Source of the DNA: Haplodiscus bocki
Lineage: Eukaryota
Reading direction: 5' to 3'
NCBI GenBank assembly: GCA_965655095.1
Contig: OZ296649.1
Coordinates: forward strand, 87,792,001-87,856,000
DNA length: 64,000 bases
This document shows, one piece after another, positions 36,879 to 49,439 of the stretch. The position numbers were made by a program, and so were the translations under genes. How positions within the stretch are numbered: the first letter of the stretch is position 1; each line of letters starts with the position of its first letter. The notes below the pieces were generated by a model. It had not been told where the DNA came from, did no database searches, and was given only the letters and a program-made list of their open reading frames with translations.

Positions 36879-37543
36879 TCACTCTTTTGTTTAAATCATA
36901 AATTACCCTAAAAGTTGTGCCTTATATCAAAATTTGAGGTCACAATTTTACAAATTCAGCTTACACCGGCTCTCTGAATGTCACTCAATGTACAAAAGCT
37001 GTCAAAAAGAAATTCGTTGCAAAATACTTGACAAAAAGTATTAAATTCGTGAAAAAAAAACAGCTAAAGCCAGTGTTCAAACTCTGTTATCTCGGAACTT
37101 TTGCGTCAACTTTTTCAGAACTTCGGAATTAGTCTAACCAGCTGGTTTTTTGCTTCCAACGCAAGTCCGGAGACTAGAACTAACGTGTGAGGACGCTGTT
37201 GGTACCCTACAAGAAAAAAGTGTATTGATTTCAACGTTTCAGAATTCAATAAAAAACTAACTCTTTTTTTTTGGTTTTTTTCTGCAGTAATTGAGGGAAT
37301 ATAGCTGTGAAAAGCAAAACGAAGAGAATAGCAGCAAACACGGACAAAAAGAAAAATGAAGTTTGACTTAGATTAGCGTTCAAATGAGCAAATGAGATTT
37401 AATGGAAAAAAACATGCGTCGAATCTGTTGGAAAATTATGGTGGAAGACATTCAAAAGCAGTGTTGTTTCCAGAGTTTCTGCTTGTCAAGCTTTACTGAT
37501 CTCCAACTTGTGAAATCGAAAAACATCTGCACCAGCTATAATC

Positions 37544-40500
37544 ATGCCTCGTGAAAACTTCAAAGTTCTTCCCTATACCTCTGAAGAGTACTCCTTCAAC
37601 GAAGTTGATGAGAACGATGAACGCTGCGGTTAGGTCCAATTCCAATCCTTCTCTTCCGCCAATAAAGAGGAAAAGATTCTTTGGATGTTTTAAATTTCAT
37701 TTCCATAAAAGGCAAACTATTTTAAGACCTCTTCAACTCTGAATTAACTGTAATGTTTACCAAAAGAATCACACGAAATGCTGAAATAGCTTCTGAAAAG
37801 AACATTTTTGGTTCTATGGAAATCTTTAGGAGCCCCCCTTGTGGTACCACCCTCAAGGAACATGTCACCCGATGATGCCATCATCGACTCCGAGAGAAGA
37901 TCCAAGCGCGGTCAAAAGAATGTGGAGGAATGGCAATATCTGTACCAAGACCAGGAAGGTTTTGAAAAAGCCTTCATTAGCCAGGAGAAAGGCTATGGAT
38001 TGGTGGCAACGCGCTTCTTTGAGAAGGGCTCCTTTCTATTGTTTTACAGAGGACGACGGATCAGTAGACGCGAAGCTGACTTGAAAATAGCCGTAAGATT
38101 CGAGGAAGCTTTGATTTGATTACTTTCGCAAAGCATATGAATAAAAACTGTTGCAAAAATGATTTTTTTAGGAGGGAAAAAACGAATACATCTATTCAGG
38201 TGAGAAGAGTAATCTTCTCATTGATGCTTCCGATGAGGACTCTGGGCCTGCGCGTTTCATGAACAACGCAAATAAAAAAGCGCACGTGAAGGCTGGGCCA
38301 TATAGAGATGGCGGTTAGTTTCATTTATCTAAATTATTTAAACTAGGAGTAAAAAACGTAAAATTATGTTTACGTTGTAGCTGGAGTTGAACGTGCGTTT
38401 CACAGCATTGCGCGACATAAACAAGGGAGAAGAGTTGGTTTACGACTACAATGGCGTAGGTCTCTTTTGGCGAGTCAAGAACCAAAACAGGGTTTTTTGA
38501 ATAAAATTACTGATTTGAAATCTTTGATGAATTAATCATTCAAATATTCCAGGGATATCAAGCCAAAATATCTGGAAGTGTCCCAACCTGAAACGTAAAT
38601 TTCCCCGTTTTTAAAATTATTAATGAAACATCGCAAGCAGTATCTTTCCAGACTGAACTTTTTCCAAGACTCCTATTCAAAGTACATGCGTCTTTAGTAC
38701 TAAGTAAGTTTTCTCTTGCAGTCGAAATTACGAAAGCAAGTCGAAGTTCAATTCTTCGTGTGTTTTCTCTTCCAGAGCCCAGGCGGTCCGAAAATTGATA
38801 CGCGAAGACGGAGAAAGTTCCCAAGCAGAAAATGAACGCTTTCAAATTTACACTAAGAAGCAATCATGCACAAGAAACCCGTAAGCAAAATACTTTTCCG
38901 GATAAAACAGTATTATAGAGCTGTCATATTCAATACTTTCTGTGTTTTAGGGGTTTTGCAGGACATAACCAACAATGAGAGCGAAAACTTCGTTGAAACT
39001 GTTTACCTTTCTGACAGTTAGACATTTTTTTCTTTGACTGACCTGAAAAAGCAATTTGGTCACGAACGAGATTTTTTCCCCTTTTTAGCAAGTCTGCCGG
39101 AAGACAGTCTCTACAGAGTTCCAGATGAGCCCATGTCGAATGTGTTTTTTTGAAGTACAAGCGGCCATCGAAGGCAAGGACAAACTGATTGCTCAAAGAC
39201 AGTTAAATTCCCAACGGTAACAATCACTCATCTCTTTCCTTGCAAGGCAAAGCATGTAGAGACGCATCCTGATTTGCAGCCTGAAAAACCTCGAGAATGA
39301 ACGTCGCAAGAAAATGAAAGCTAGATCGGAAATGGGTTTTTCGCAACCCGAACCAACAACCGAAAACAATGCCAGAGCCAGGGAGGAAAGCGACTGCGAA
39401 CATTAAGTCACAAAAACAAAATGTTACCTGGGAAAAATTGAAAATTTTAGAAAAAACCAGCACTCAATCGACAGACACACTCCGCCCCAACAACCTGTCA
39501 GCTTCTCTAGGCATAAGTAACCATTTCTGGTAGGCATTTTTGATTATAATGTTGCTAGAGACCAATACGTAAAAACGCCTTTTCTCCAGCGAACCTTCGA
39601 AATCAAAAAAGAGGCACGAGATGTACAGCCCCTTCTTCACAGCGAGCACAGAAGAAGATGAGCCAAAAATTCACAGCAAACGTGGTCAAAAGATGAAGCC
39701 ACGACGAAAACAAGGGAAGTCTTTGCGAGTTTTCAAGAAGAAAAACTCCTGAAACTTACCGTCTCCAAACATAGAAAACAGGTTCTTTCGAGTTTCGTTG
39801 AAAAGTTGATATTTTACTAACAAACCTAAATAACTAAACGGATTTTTCCAGTCCGCATGCAAAAATTACAACCTGCGACGAAGAACCCAAAACGCCAACT
39901 GCTCTGAAACAGCATATAAATCGGTTTGGTGTCTAAATTATCTAACGTAAAATATTCTAAAATTTCTATTTGAGATACAGTTGGTTTTTTTTCACAGACC
40001 GCTTGCTGACGTGACGAATCATCCAGCCCTAGACAAAGCTGCTGTCGATAGCCCGGAGTGAGTTTTTTAAATCATTATATTAAATAATTCCCCTTCTAGC
40101 GACAGTTTGAAGCACTTGCACGATTTTTAAGATATGAGGACTTTGAGAGGGACAGGAGAGAGAAAGTGAAGTCGAAAAAACCTTTGCCAGCTGAACTTCT
40201 TCCAATTCGCCAACTCAGTGAGAGTGAACCCCTTCTTGATTGTGCCGAGTGAGTACTTATATCGACAAACTTCTTTTGATTCAAGCCAGAAGCAACATGA
40301 GTTGAACCAAACCAAAATTTCGTTTCAGTTAGTCGCCGAATCCCAACGTAACTCACTTGACGACAGAAGAATGGAGTGAAATGATGGAGAGGCTGACTTG
40401 CTTGCCAGTTTGGACAGAGAATAGGTTCGTGTGAAACGGAGTTTAACCTCGGAAAAATGAAGCTTTTCATCGGAAAGGCAAGCTGCAAATCTATTGTGCT

Positions 40501-43500
40501 TCTATTTTTTAACGTGCAAGAAGAAAGCAATGCAAGTGGATTCTGAATAATTACAGGAATCGAGCTCAACGGAAAGTGAAATAAGTTCTGGCTGTGACGA
40601 ATTTACAACGGACGTGGACCACAGTCCCTCCGAGCTTGGAAACTCAACCAAAGGCTTGGTCCCTCAACAACAGGGAAAAAGCAAAAAGTATATTGCGATC
40701 GTTTTTGAATGTTTTCACTGCCTAAATTCTTATGTTTCGAAAGTTTATTCTTTGATGGCTAGGAAAAAAAGTAAACATGCTGTACAAATTAAAAAAGAGG
40801 ACTTGCAAAAAAAATTACCGGAAAAATCGATTTCGCAAACAAATATTTTTCGATCGCTAATGAATGTTTTCACTGCATATTTTTTTGTTTTCTGAAACTT
40901 CGTTCTTTGATGCCTAGAAGGAAGACTAAACATCCTGTACAAATTAAGGAAACGGGCTGTCAAAAAAAGCTGAGGGTGAGTATTAAAAACCACAAAATTA
41001 ACGTTTTCATTCTACAAGTTCCCCAAATGATTTCGAAAGTGTTTGTTTCAGTGATTTCTGTTGCCGCATGGTTTGTCACAAAAAAATACACAACAAGGGC
41101 ATTAAGCGCCACGTCCAGAGAAATCAACAGCAAATCTGGAAAAACAACGTTGACGATCTTGTGGTCAAGTTGTCGCTCTTTTTCTCCAGAGAGCAGAGGG
41201 GCAAAAAGTATGTGTGCGCAGTTGAAGACTGCCTGAAAACAACTTCTAGAAAAAAGGAGCACCGATGCCACTTGCAGGACCTTGTGCTGGTCAAAAAGAG
41301 AAGTGACCTGTCTCTGAACATCTCCAATATAATTTTCCCACAACCAATAGACGGTGAGATGCTAAATTGCTTCACTATGTTTTGCAAATTTGGAAGACAA
41401 CAGATGTGTAGAAGACTTAGTTATAATTTTTTTCTTCTGAAACAACAGGACTTTAAAATCGAAATAAATATGTGTTGTTTTCCAGACGCCTCCAATGAGT
41501 TTGGGAAGTTTGCGCAAATTGCCGACTTTAGAAAAATCATTGACGGCTACATTGCCAACCGAACTCAACTCTTCAAGCGCGGTGCTGAACGTTATAACGA
41601 GAAGGCGCTCAACCTGCAGGTCAAGAGGATTAAGGAGTTCATCTTGGCATCGGATGAACTCACCAATGCCTCAGTTTTCCCCGTTTTCTTGGCCAGCCTT
41701 CCAAATGTGCACGCGCCCAAAAGCTGTCAAAACGTAGCCAACAATATCAAAGAGTTCCTGAACTTGGTTGAGCGTTTTGGGTCTGACGGACCAGGAATGA
41801 GGACAGCAGTCGAACCTGAAAGCATTAAGGCACAACTTACCCCCTATAAGCAAACTCTCGATAAACCTGCCCGCCAGTGGCGGAACACCCAAGTCCTGCT
41901 TGATTTTCAAGGAATGCCTTCTCAGACTGAGCTGAAGGAAGTACGATCAAAAGTCATCAACTTGACTGAAACTTTGATAGAAAAGGGCTTGAACAGAGGA
42001 CATTTAGTAGATGAGGACTTTTTGATGCTTCTGAAGGGTTTGGTCTGCCTTGTGGTAATGAGGAACGCATGCAGAGTTTCCTCTGGAATTTACATCAAGA
42101 ACGAGCATTACATGTTTCGTTGTAAAGGCCCACAATGGAAGAACTATAAAAGTCCACTCTGCCCTCCGAACCAGATTGTGAGGAAACCGTAAGATTTTTC
42201 GAACTAACTTTTTGCCATTAATGATATTGAACACCTTGCCACCAGTTGCTTATTGCAAAATCAGTTTTTGGGCAAACTTAGGTCTCGAACACGGGAAATT
42301 GTTTATGGGGGAGTTTTTTTACGAATAGAGACAGTTTTGTGTCAGGGAAAGTCACTGAGCAAACTCAAACGTAACGCAAAATTTGAGCATTTATTCAGTG
42401 ATGAGAAGAAGTGGCAGGCAATTGAACGGTGGACAGAAGAAGGGAAGGAGAGCAATAAAAACTATGACACAGAAGCCCTAACTGTTCTCTCGCTCTCAAC
42501 CGAAGAAGTTGCAATCTTCGACCGCTTCGCAAAACTTAAGAAAGAACTGGGACTGGTACGTTTGAAAAAAAATATTACTTCAATTTTTTCAAAAACCCAG
42601 AAAGGAAGCGGCCTTACAATTCCCTTCAAAAAATTCGATCGAGATCTCGGAAAGCAGTTAAATATTACAATCAGATTTAATTCAACCATCTTCCGAAAGA
42701 AAATGCAGACTCTTTGGAGTCAAAAAGTCCAGCATCCCAAGGACTTGCAGACGATTAATACTGCAATGGGCCAGGGTTGGTGGACGGGTTTGATGCATTA
42801 CACTTTCCAAAACAAATATACTGCCAGTTAATTCGTCTGTCAAACTGTGGAGCTGAACGTGAGTCTTTTTCCTCAGCGTTAGAAAAAAATTAACCAACTG
42901 GTTAAGGTAATTTGAGAAATAAAAAAATATATTTTTTCTAGAATTATTTAATGATTTCTTACATTGTATACTATATTTCCCAAAATATTAAATTAAAATT
43001 TAAAATATAAGAAAGCAAGTAATTTGAAATATATGTTTTAGGACAATGACTATCTGCCGGAGATTGGCGGCCCTCAAACTTCCAGCTTACACAGAACCAT
43101 CACAACTGTAACTTAAAAGCTGACACTATAATTGATTAGCAAATATTCGATTTTTTTTGTGTTCTCCAAAGTAATTATTTTTGTTCCAGAGCTCTGTCGC
43201 ACCTCTTGAAAACTCTTCCGACGACTGTTCCGAAGATCAGTGCAGCAATGGCTCACAAAGTGAAGATCTGATGGTATTGCTTTTGTAAAAGAACAAATGA
43301 AATTTAGTTGAGCTTAAAGCCTTCGATACTACTATATTTTAGCAGGAAGATGAGACAACAGATTTTGGAACCGTACAGTCCACAGATCAAGTGGGTGTGA
43401 TCGACTTTTCTGAAAAGTTTGCTCAAATTTTGGATCAGATATTGAATTTTCTGAACTTTTACACAATTCAACATCATAAATTGCTAACTGCACCAATTCC

Positions 43501-44025
43501 GGATTCAGAAAAGGAATGCTCGGAAAGTTCCGACGAGAGTGAAGAGGTTATACTTCGCTCATTTGATTTTGTTCTCCAGTTGAGTTGACGTCATTGAGAA
43601 TTATATTTTTTCCCAGAAAAAGCCCGCGCCAAAAAAGAGGAGATACTTCGGTGGCTCAAAGCAGAATGTTCAAATGGAGGCCGAAGATACTTTGGTACTG
43701 GTTTTAAATTTCACATTTACTGAAGTAAAATCTTCACTTCTGGCTCATCATGTCTTCAAACTTTTTTGCAGATCAGTGAGTCAAGCGCAGCCCTGGCAAC
43801 TGAGTACTTGAAAAAGAGAGGGAATTGAGGAAGAGAAACAGTGCCCCAATTCCAGGTGAAATGATCGCGATGGTTGTGGACCTCCTCATGAAGGAATTGA
43901 GGAACGTGCACTTTAATCTGGGAGAGATCCACAAAATCTATTTCAGAAACCACAAGTACGAAACACTGAGAAATCAACTAAGACTCCTCAACATTTGGCG
44001 GGAGAGAGGTTACCAGTCCGGTTGA
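37544..44025 (+). pseudogene. SET + tyrosine recombinase locus, copy 3 (best-preserved YR domain)
   Basis: ORF 41068-42192 reads through VDEDFLMLLKGLVCLVVMRNACRVSSG (Arg 42073-42075). ORF 42253-42831 has SNKNYD, STIFRKK (Arg 42694-42696) and AMGQGWWTGLMHY (Tyr 42799-42801). GAA>TAA stop at ~42829. Confidence 0.75.
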
Positions 44026-44549
44026 TTTGTACACGGAAAACTGTGAAACCAAGAAAGAAACGATGATGTTGCCAGCGTATTATTTGAGAATTTTCAATAT
44101 TTTATGAACTTGTCGTATCTTGCTTTGTGATTTGTAAAATTTCATTAATTTATAAACTTGTCGAACTTTGCTTTACCTTTCCCTTGAAACAAAAAAAATG
44201 AGAGCTCAGAAGAGAAAACAGAAAAGAACAGCGAGACAGAGAAGAATAAAAAAAACAATCATTGCATTGCGTTCTTGCTGAGAAAAAAGAAATTGATAAG
44301 GAAGAAACAAAAAAAAACAAAAAAAAAATTCGGGGCCCAGATAGCGTGTGTTCTCGTCGCGGCCCTGGGCATCATAGTTCTCAACAGTGGTGGCAAGACC
44401 GCTATCAATTTTTTCTTGTTTCGCTTTCATCCAGTTTCAATCTCAGGCAACTAACCGTTAAATTTGCACTATGATATAAAGGATTAGACAAGTAATTGTT
44501 CTTCCGTGCCTTCAAAATAGGTGAAGCAAAACTGAAAAGCTCATCTATA

Positions 44550-46760
44550 AGGGAGAAAAATACGTTCTCACCCAAAAACAAACGTGCGAGAAAAAGATTT
44601 TTTTCTTGGGGTTATCAACGATTACTTGACTAAAACCTTTCGTAATTTTGCTGTACAGCTCCGATTAGGCTCAAACACACAGGATAGCCGCTTAATTCAA
44701 CGCACAACGTGAAGGGGTTGCAATGATAAAAAAAAGCAACTTTATAAAAAAAATTTCAGCCAAAAAAATGGGTCCTCAGGTGTGCACTTAAACGCTTCGC
44801 AACTTTACTGTATGACTTCGATGATGCTCAAACTCACAGAATAACCGCCCAATTAGATGCGCAAGGTGTTGCGGCATTAAAAATGGCAACTTTACCAAAA
44901 ACCAATTGCGTTTTGAGCCGGAAAACGTCAAAAAATGGCTTTTTTTTGGGGTTCTCACGTCTGCAATAAAACGCTTCGGAATTTTACTGTAAGACCCCAA
45001 TGATGGTCAAACTCACAGGACAGTCTTCCAAAAGAATGCTCAAGGTGATGCGATTCCAAAAAGGCAACTTTATTTAGAAAAAAATTGCGTTTTGAGCCGG
45101 AAAACGTCAAAAAATGAACCTGCGGGCAAGACCGCAACGACGTCTAAACATTCTCAAAACCACAAACTGAGCAAATATATCCTTTATAAAGATGTTCAGG
45201 TATCTGCATGCAACTTTTCAGCTCAAAAACATCATTTTTTGTGACGTACGAAAACTTCCAGTTTGGACAAGTTGGCCCATTATGGGTCCATTTGCAAATG
45301 CGTGTTTTACCACATCTAAACCTCGCAATTGGGTGCTGTTACGCTCCGGAGACCTCTCACTAAACATGTTGAAGGTGTACCAAAGGGTTCAACATGTTTG
45401 AGTAGAAAAAAATGCGTTTTGAGCCAAAATACGTCAAAAAATGCGTTTTTTGGGGTTCTCAGGTCTGCACTAGAAGGCTTCTGAAACTTACTGCATGACT
45501 TCGATGATGCTCAAACTCACGGGATAGACGCCCAAGTGGATGCGCAAGCTGCTGCGATCTTAAAAAAGGCAACTCTACCGAGAAAAAATTGCGTTTTGAG
45601 CCGGAAAACATCAAAGAATGGGTTTTTTGGGGGTCCTCAAGGCTGCACTTAAACGCTTCGGAAAATTACTGTAAGACCCTGATGATGCTCAAACTCACTG
45701 GATAGCCGCCCAATTGGATTCGCAAGGTGTGGCGACAATAAAAGAGATTAACTCATGAGGGAAAATTGCTTTTTGAGCCAAAAAACTGGTTTTCTGGGGT
45801 CTTCTGACATTACCCCAGTGAAACCCTTCGTAATATGGCTGCACTGATCCGATCGCGCTCAAACCACAAGATAGCCACCAATTTGATAGTAGAACGTGTG
45901 CCAGCAATAAAAAAGGTAACTTACTAATCATTCAACTCGAAAAAACTTGCAAAGAACACTTAAGGGCTAAGCCTGCTACCTATTCGCTGCTTAAAAATGA
46001 ATCAGCGGGCAAGACCGCAACAACGTCTAAACGTTCTCAAAACCATAAATTGAGTAAATGGATCCTTTATAAAGCTGTTCAGGTATCTGCATACAACTTT
46101 TCAGCTCAAAAACATCATTTTTCGTGACGTACGAAAGCTTCCAATTTGGACAAGTTGGCCCATTATGGGTCCTTTTGGAAATGCGTGTTTTAATACACCT
46201 AAGCCTTGCAATCCGGTGCCGTAAAGCTCCGGAGACCTCTCAATAAAGCTGTTGAAGGTGTATCAAAGGTTTCAACAAGTTTGAGTAGAAAAAAAATGCG
46301 TTTTGAGCCAAAATACGTCAAAAAATTGCGTTTTTTGGGGTCCTCAGGTCTGCACTAGAAGGCTTCTGAAATTTACTGTATGACTTCGATGATGCTCAAA
46401 CTCACGGGATAGACGCCCAATTGGATGCGCAAGCTGCTGCGATCTTAAAAAAGGCAACTCTACCGAGAAAAATTGCGTTTTGAGCCGGAAGACATCAAAG
46501 AATGGGTTTTTCGGGGTCCTCCAGTCTGCACTAAAACGCTTCGGAATCTTACTGTAAGACCCTGATGATGCTCAAACTAACTGGATAGCCACCCCATGGT
46601 GACAATAACAGAGATAACCTTAAGAGGAAAAACTGCTTTTTGAGCCCAAAAAACGTCAAAAAAATGGCTTTTGGGTTCCTCACGTCTGCACTAAAACGCA
46701 TCGGATTTTTACTGTATGACTTCCAAGATGCTCAAAATCACAAAAATGCCGTCCACTTGA
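44550..46760. repeat. Satellite array S6
   Basis: Same monomer and HOR spacer motifs. Confidence 0.95.
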
Positions 46761-47944
46761 TTCTAGAAGTTGCAAAATCAATAATTTGACGATGTATGGA
46801 TATAAAAATTACATTTTGGGCACTGGAATACCTGGGAAAGCATAACCTTTTGTTTCTCGACGATGCCTTACGTACTTCCTCATTTTGCGCATTTGTGGAT
46901 ATTTGTCACCTGTGCTACACACTATTGTTCCTTTTCAGCTGTTCAGAGGCCTTCTACTGTGTATTCAGATCAAAACAAGGCTAACCCTGCCTTCCTCTGT
47001 CCTTGTAGCTGTATACAGGTATTCCGGAGTTTTTGGACACTGAAACGGGTAAAGCTCGCATTTTCAGTCATTTCTAACCTTTTACTGTCTTTCTACAGTG
47101 TTTCCTGGCAAAGACAAGGCTAACCCTACCCGTAGATGTGTTTGTAGCCGTTCATAGGTATTCCAGGGTTTTTGGACACTCAAACGGGTATGGCTCGCAT
47201 TTCCATGCATTTTCGATCATTTCTAGCCATTTACCACCTTTCTATGGGTTTTTAGAGGCTAGCCCTAATTTGGGACCTTCTGCTCCAGCCGGCTACTTTT
47301 TCGTTGTCGAAATTTTTATCGTAGCCATAGGGTTATGTGATTTTTGGGTTTGGCTCGATTAGCTGAGCTCGCCCTCGTTTTTTATCTTCGGGAGGTAACT
47401 AGAACCCGATTTCCATCAGGCTACCTTCTCGAGGGTCACGTGCTACCTTTGCGCTTAACGAAAACGTAGCCGAGGGGCCGGCTACCTTTTCGTTCCTTGG
47501 TCGCCCTGGCTCCGGCTACCTTTTCGCTAGTGTGCTGCGAAAAGGTAGCCGGGAGCAGGGCCGTTTCCCAGATCGACTCCAAAATAACAGCATGCTGCCG
47601 TTTCATGCAACGAACAGAAAAAACGCTTGTCTCAGCCATAGTTGGCAGCAGGAGCCCATAGGAAGAAGATCGCGTTAGAATTTTTTGTAAAAATTATTTG
47701 TGGAACTCCAACGGTTTAATTATTCCTTCAGCTTTTTTATTCTTTTATCATCTATTCATGGCCCCTCAAGAAAGGTTAGTTTATTTAATTATTCATGTCT
47801 CAATTATTTAACGTTTAGGCGTTATGTGTAACGCGATAAACATTCGTATGAAGACACCACGACTAAACAACACATTTATGGATAATTGACAAATTTCGTG
47901 TCTATGTACCCTGAGTATTGACTTTCAATTATTTTTTTTCCATC
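46760..47944. mobile_element. Putative element end block, copy C, retaining two ~138-bp internal repeat units where A and B have one
   Basis: CAAGGCTAACCCT..AGGTATTCC..TTTTTGGACACT.AAACGGGTA occurs twice in ~46975-47200. Motif cluster and inverted repeat at 47288-47552. Confidence 0.5.
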
Positions 47945-47966
47945 AATAGAAAAAAACTTAACAGCA

Positions 47967-49360
47967 ATGGTTATCGATTCAGTTGAAGAAACCGAAGCTT
48001 TAGAGAATGAAAACACCAACAGAGAGCTCGAAAGTAGGAAAGCAAAAGCTTCTTCAACGCCTGGCAAGCAGGCCGGTGGGCCATCAGCTTTTGGCGGTCA
48101 TTTTCCACAATTATTGGAGGTTGACTAACTTTTGCTCCACCTGTAGCAACCTGCTTAACAGGTTTCTCACAATCACTTCCGTCATGATTGATGCCAGAAC
48201 CGTTCAACGGATCGGGAGAATGTGAGGACTACTTGGGTCAATTTAACATTGCCGCATATCTGTCGGGCTGGTATCGCCAATGTTCACACAATTATCGACC
48301 TCAATATTTTGCGCTCCGATTAAAAGGCAATGCACTTCATTTTTTTTTCAACTTTCAGAGGACCACCAACATGACTTCCACATTCTGGTGGATGCTTTCC
48401 GTCAAAATTACACCACAAACGTAGAAATTTTGAAAGCTCGACCGAAGGCCGCCAGGCAACAACCTGGACACGACGTCACCACATTTCATTGCAACATTAG
48501 CACGTTAGCCCGCAGCGCTCATCGCGACAACCCGCATTTACTTAAACAAATTGTCGTAACTAGCTTCATTGAAGGCATAAATAACTCTACCCTCTGATCG
48601 GAATTGAGAAACCTGAAACCTGAGAACGATGACCATGCCTTGACAAAAGCACCCGAACTCCAGGCGTACCTGGAATTAGAGGAACGAAACCCCATTGGGA
48701 CTGCCATCGGCAGTTCCCCTGGTGTGAATCATATGAAAATTCAGTTCCCGATAGCAAAAACACAGTTATTTTTGACCAATTTGTCCGGTCGCCCCAAAGA
48801 GACACCGATAACGTTCCGAAGAATCGCAACCGAGGATCACGCGAGAATTCTCGTGGCGGAGAGCGAGAAAGAAACGGCTCCATGGACAGGAGAAGCCAGA
48901 ATGACTCACGAGAGAACAGAAAAAGCAGATATGTAACTGACACGGGACAACCGGAATGCATATGTGCCTTCGCGCTATCGACAAGACAACCGTGATGATT
49001 CACTCCACATATATGGCCAAAGACATGACTCTCGAGAGCATAATCCAGGGCAACAGAGTACAACGGTCCGATTTGAGTCACCTCGTAGTGACTTTAGAAG
49101 AAACAACCATCAAACCACAAACTTCCGGAGCCGCAGTAATGAAAACCGACCACAACCACCATATCAAAAGACAACGACTTTGATTCTAAACTTGGACGAC
49201 GAAGCTACAACGGTGCAAACAGGTCCCAAAACCAAACATGCACGCATTGCAAAAGAACAAATCACACTTCCAAAGAATGTATAGCTTGCAATATTTGCTT
49301 GAAATTCGGAAATTTCTGTCATGAATGCCGCACCCCGAGGTCAAGTAAGGTGAACTAAAT
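47967..49360 (+). pseudogene. gag: Gypsy gag with C-terminal zinc knuckles
   Basis: CTHCKRTNHTSKEC (CX2CX4HX4C) at ~49239-49280, followed by a degenerate second knuckle CNICLKFGNFCHEC. Confidence 0.85.
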
Positions 49361-49439
49361 GAGTCTACGCCAGCGGGTCTCCGCGCAGACAACAATTACA
49401 GGAAAGGCCCACAAACAAGTATAACACTTTATGCAGTAG

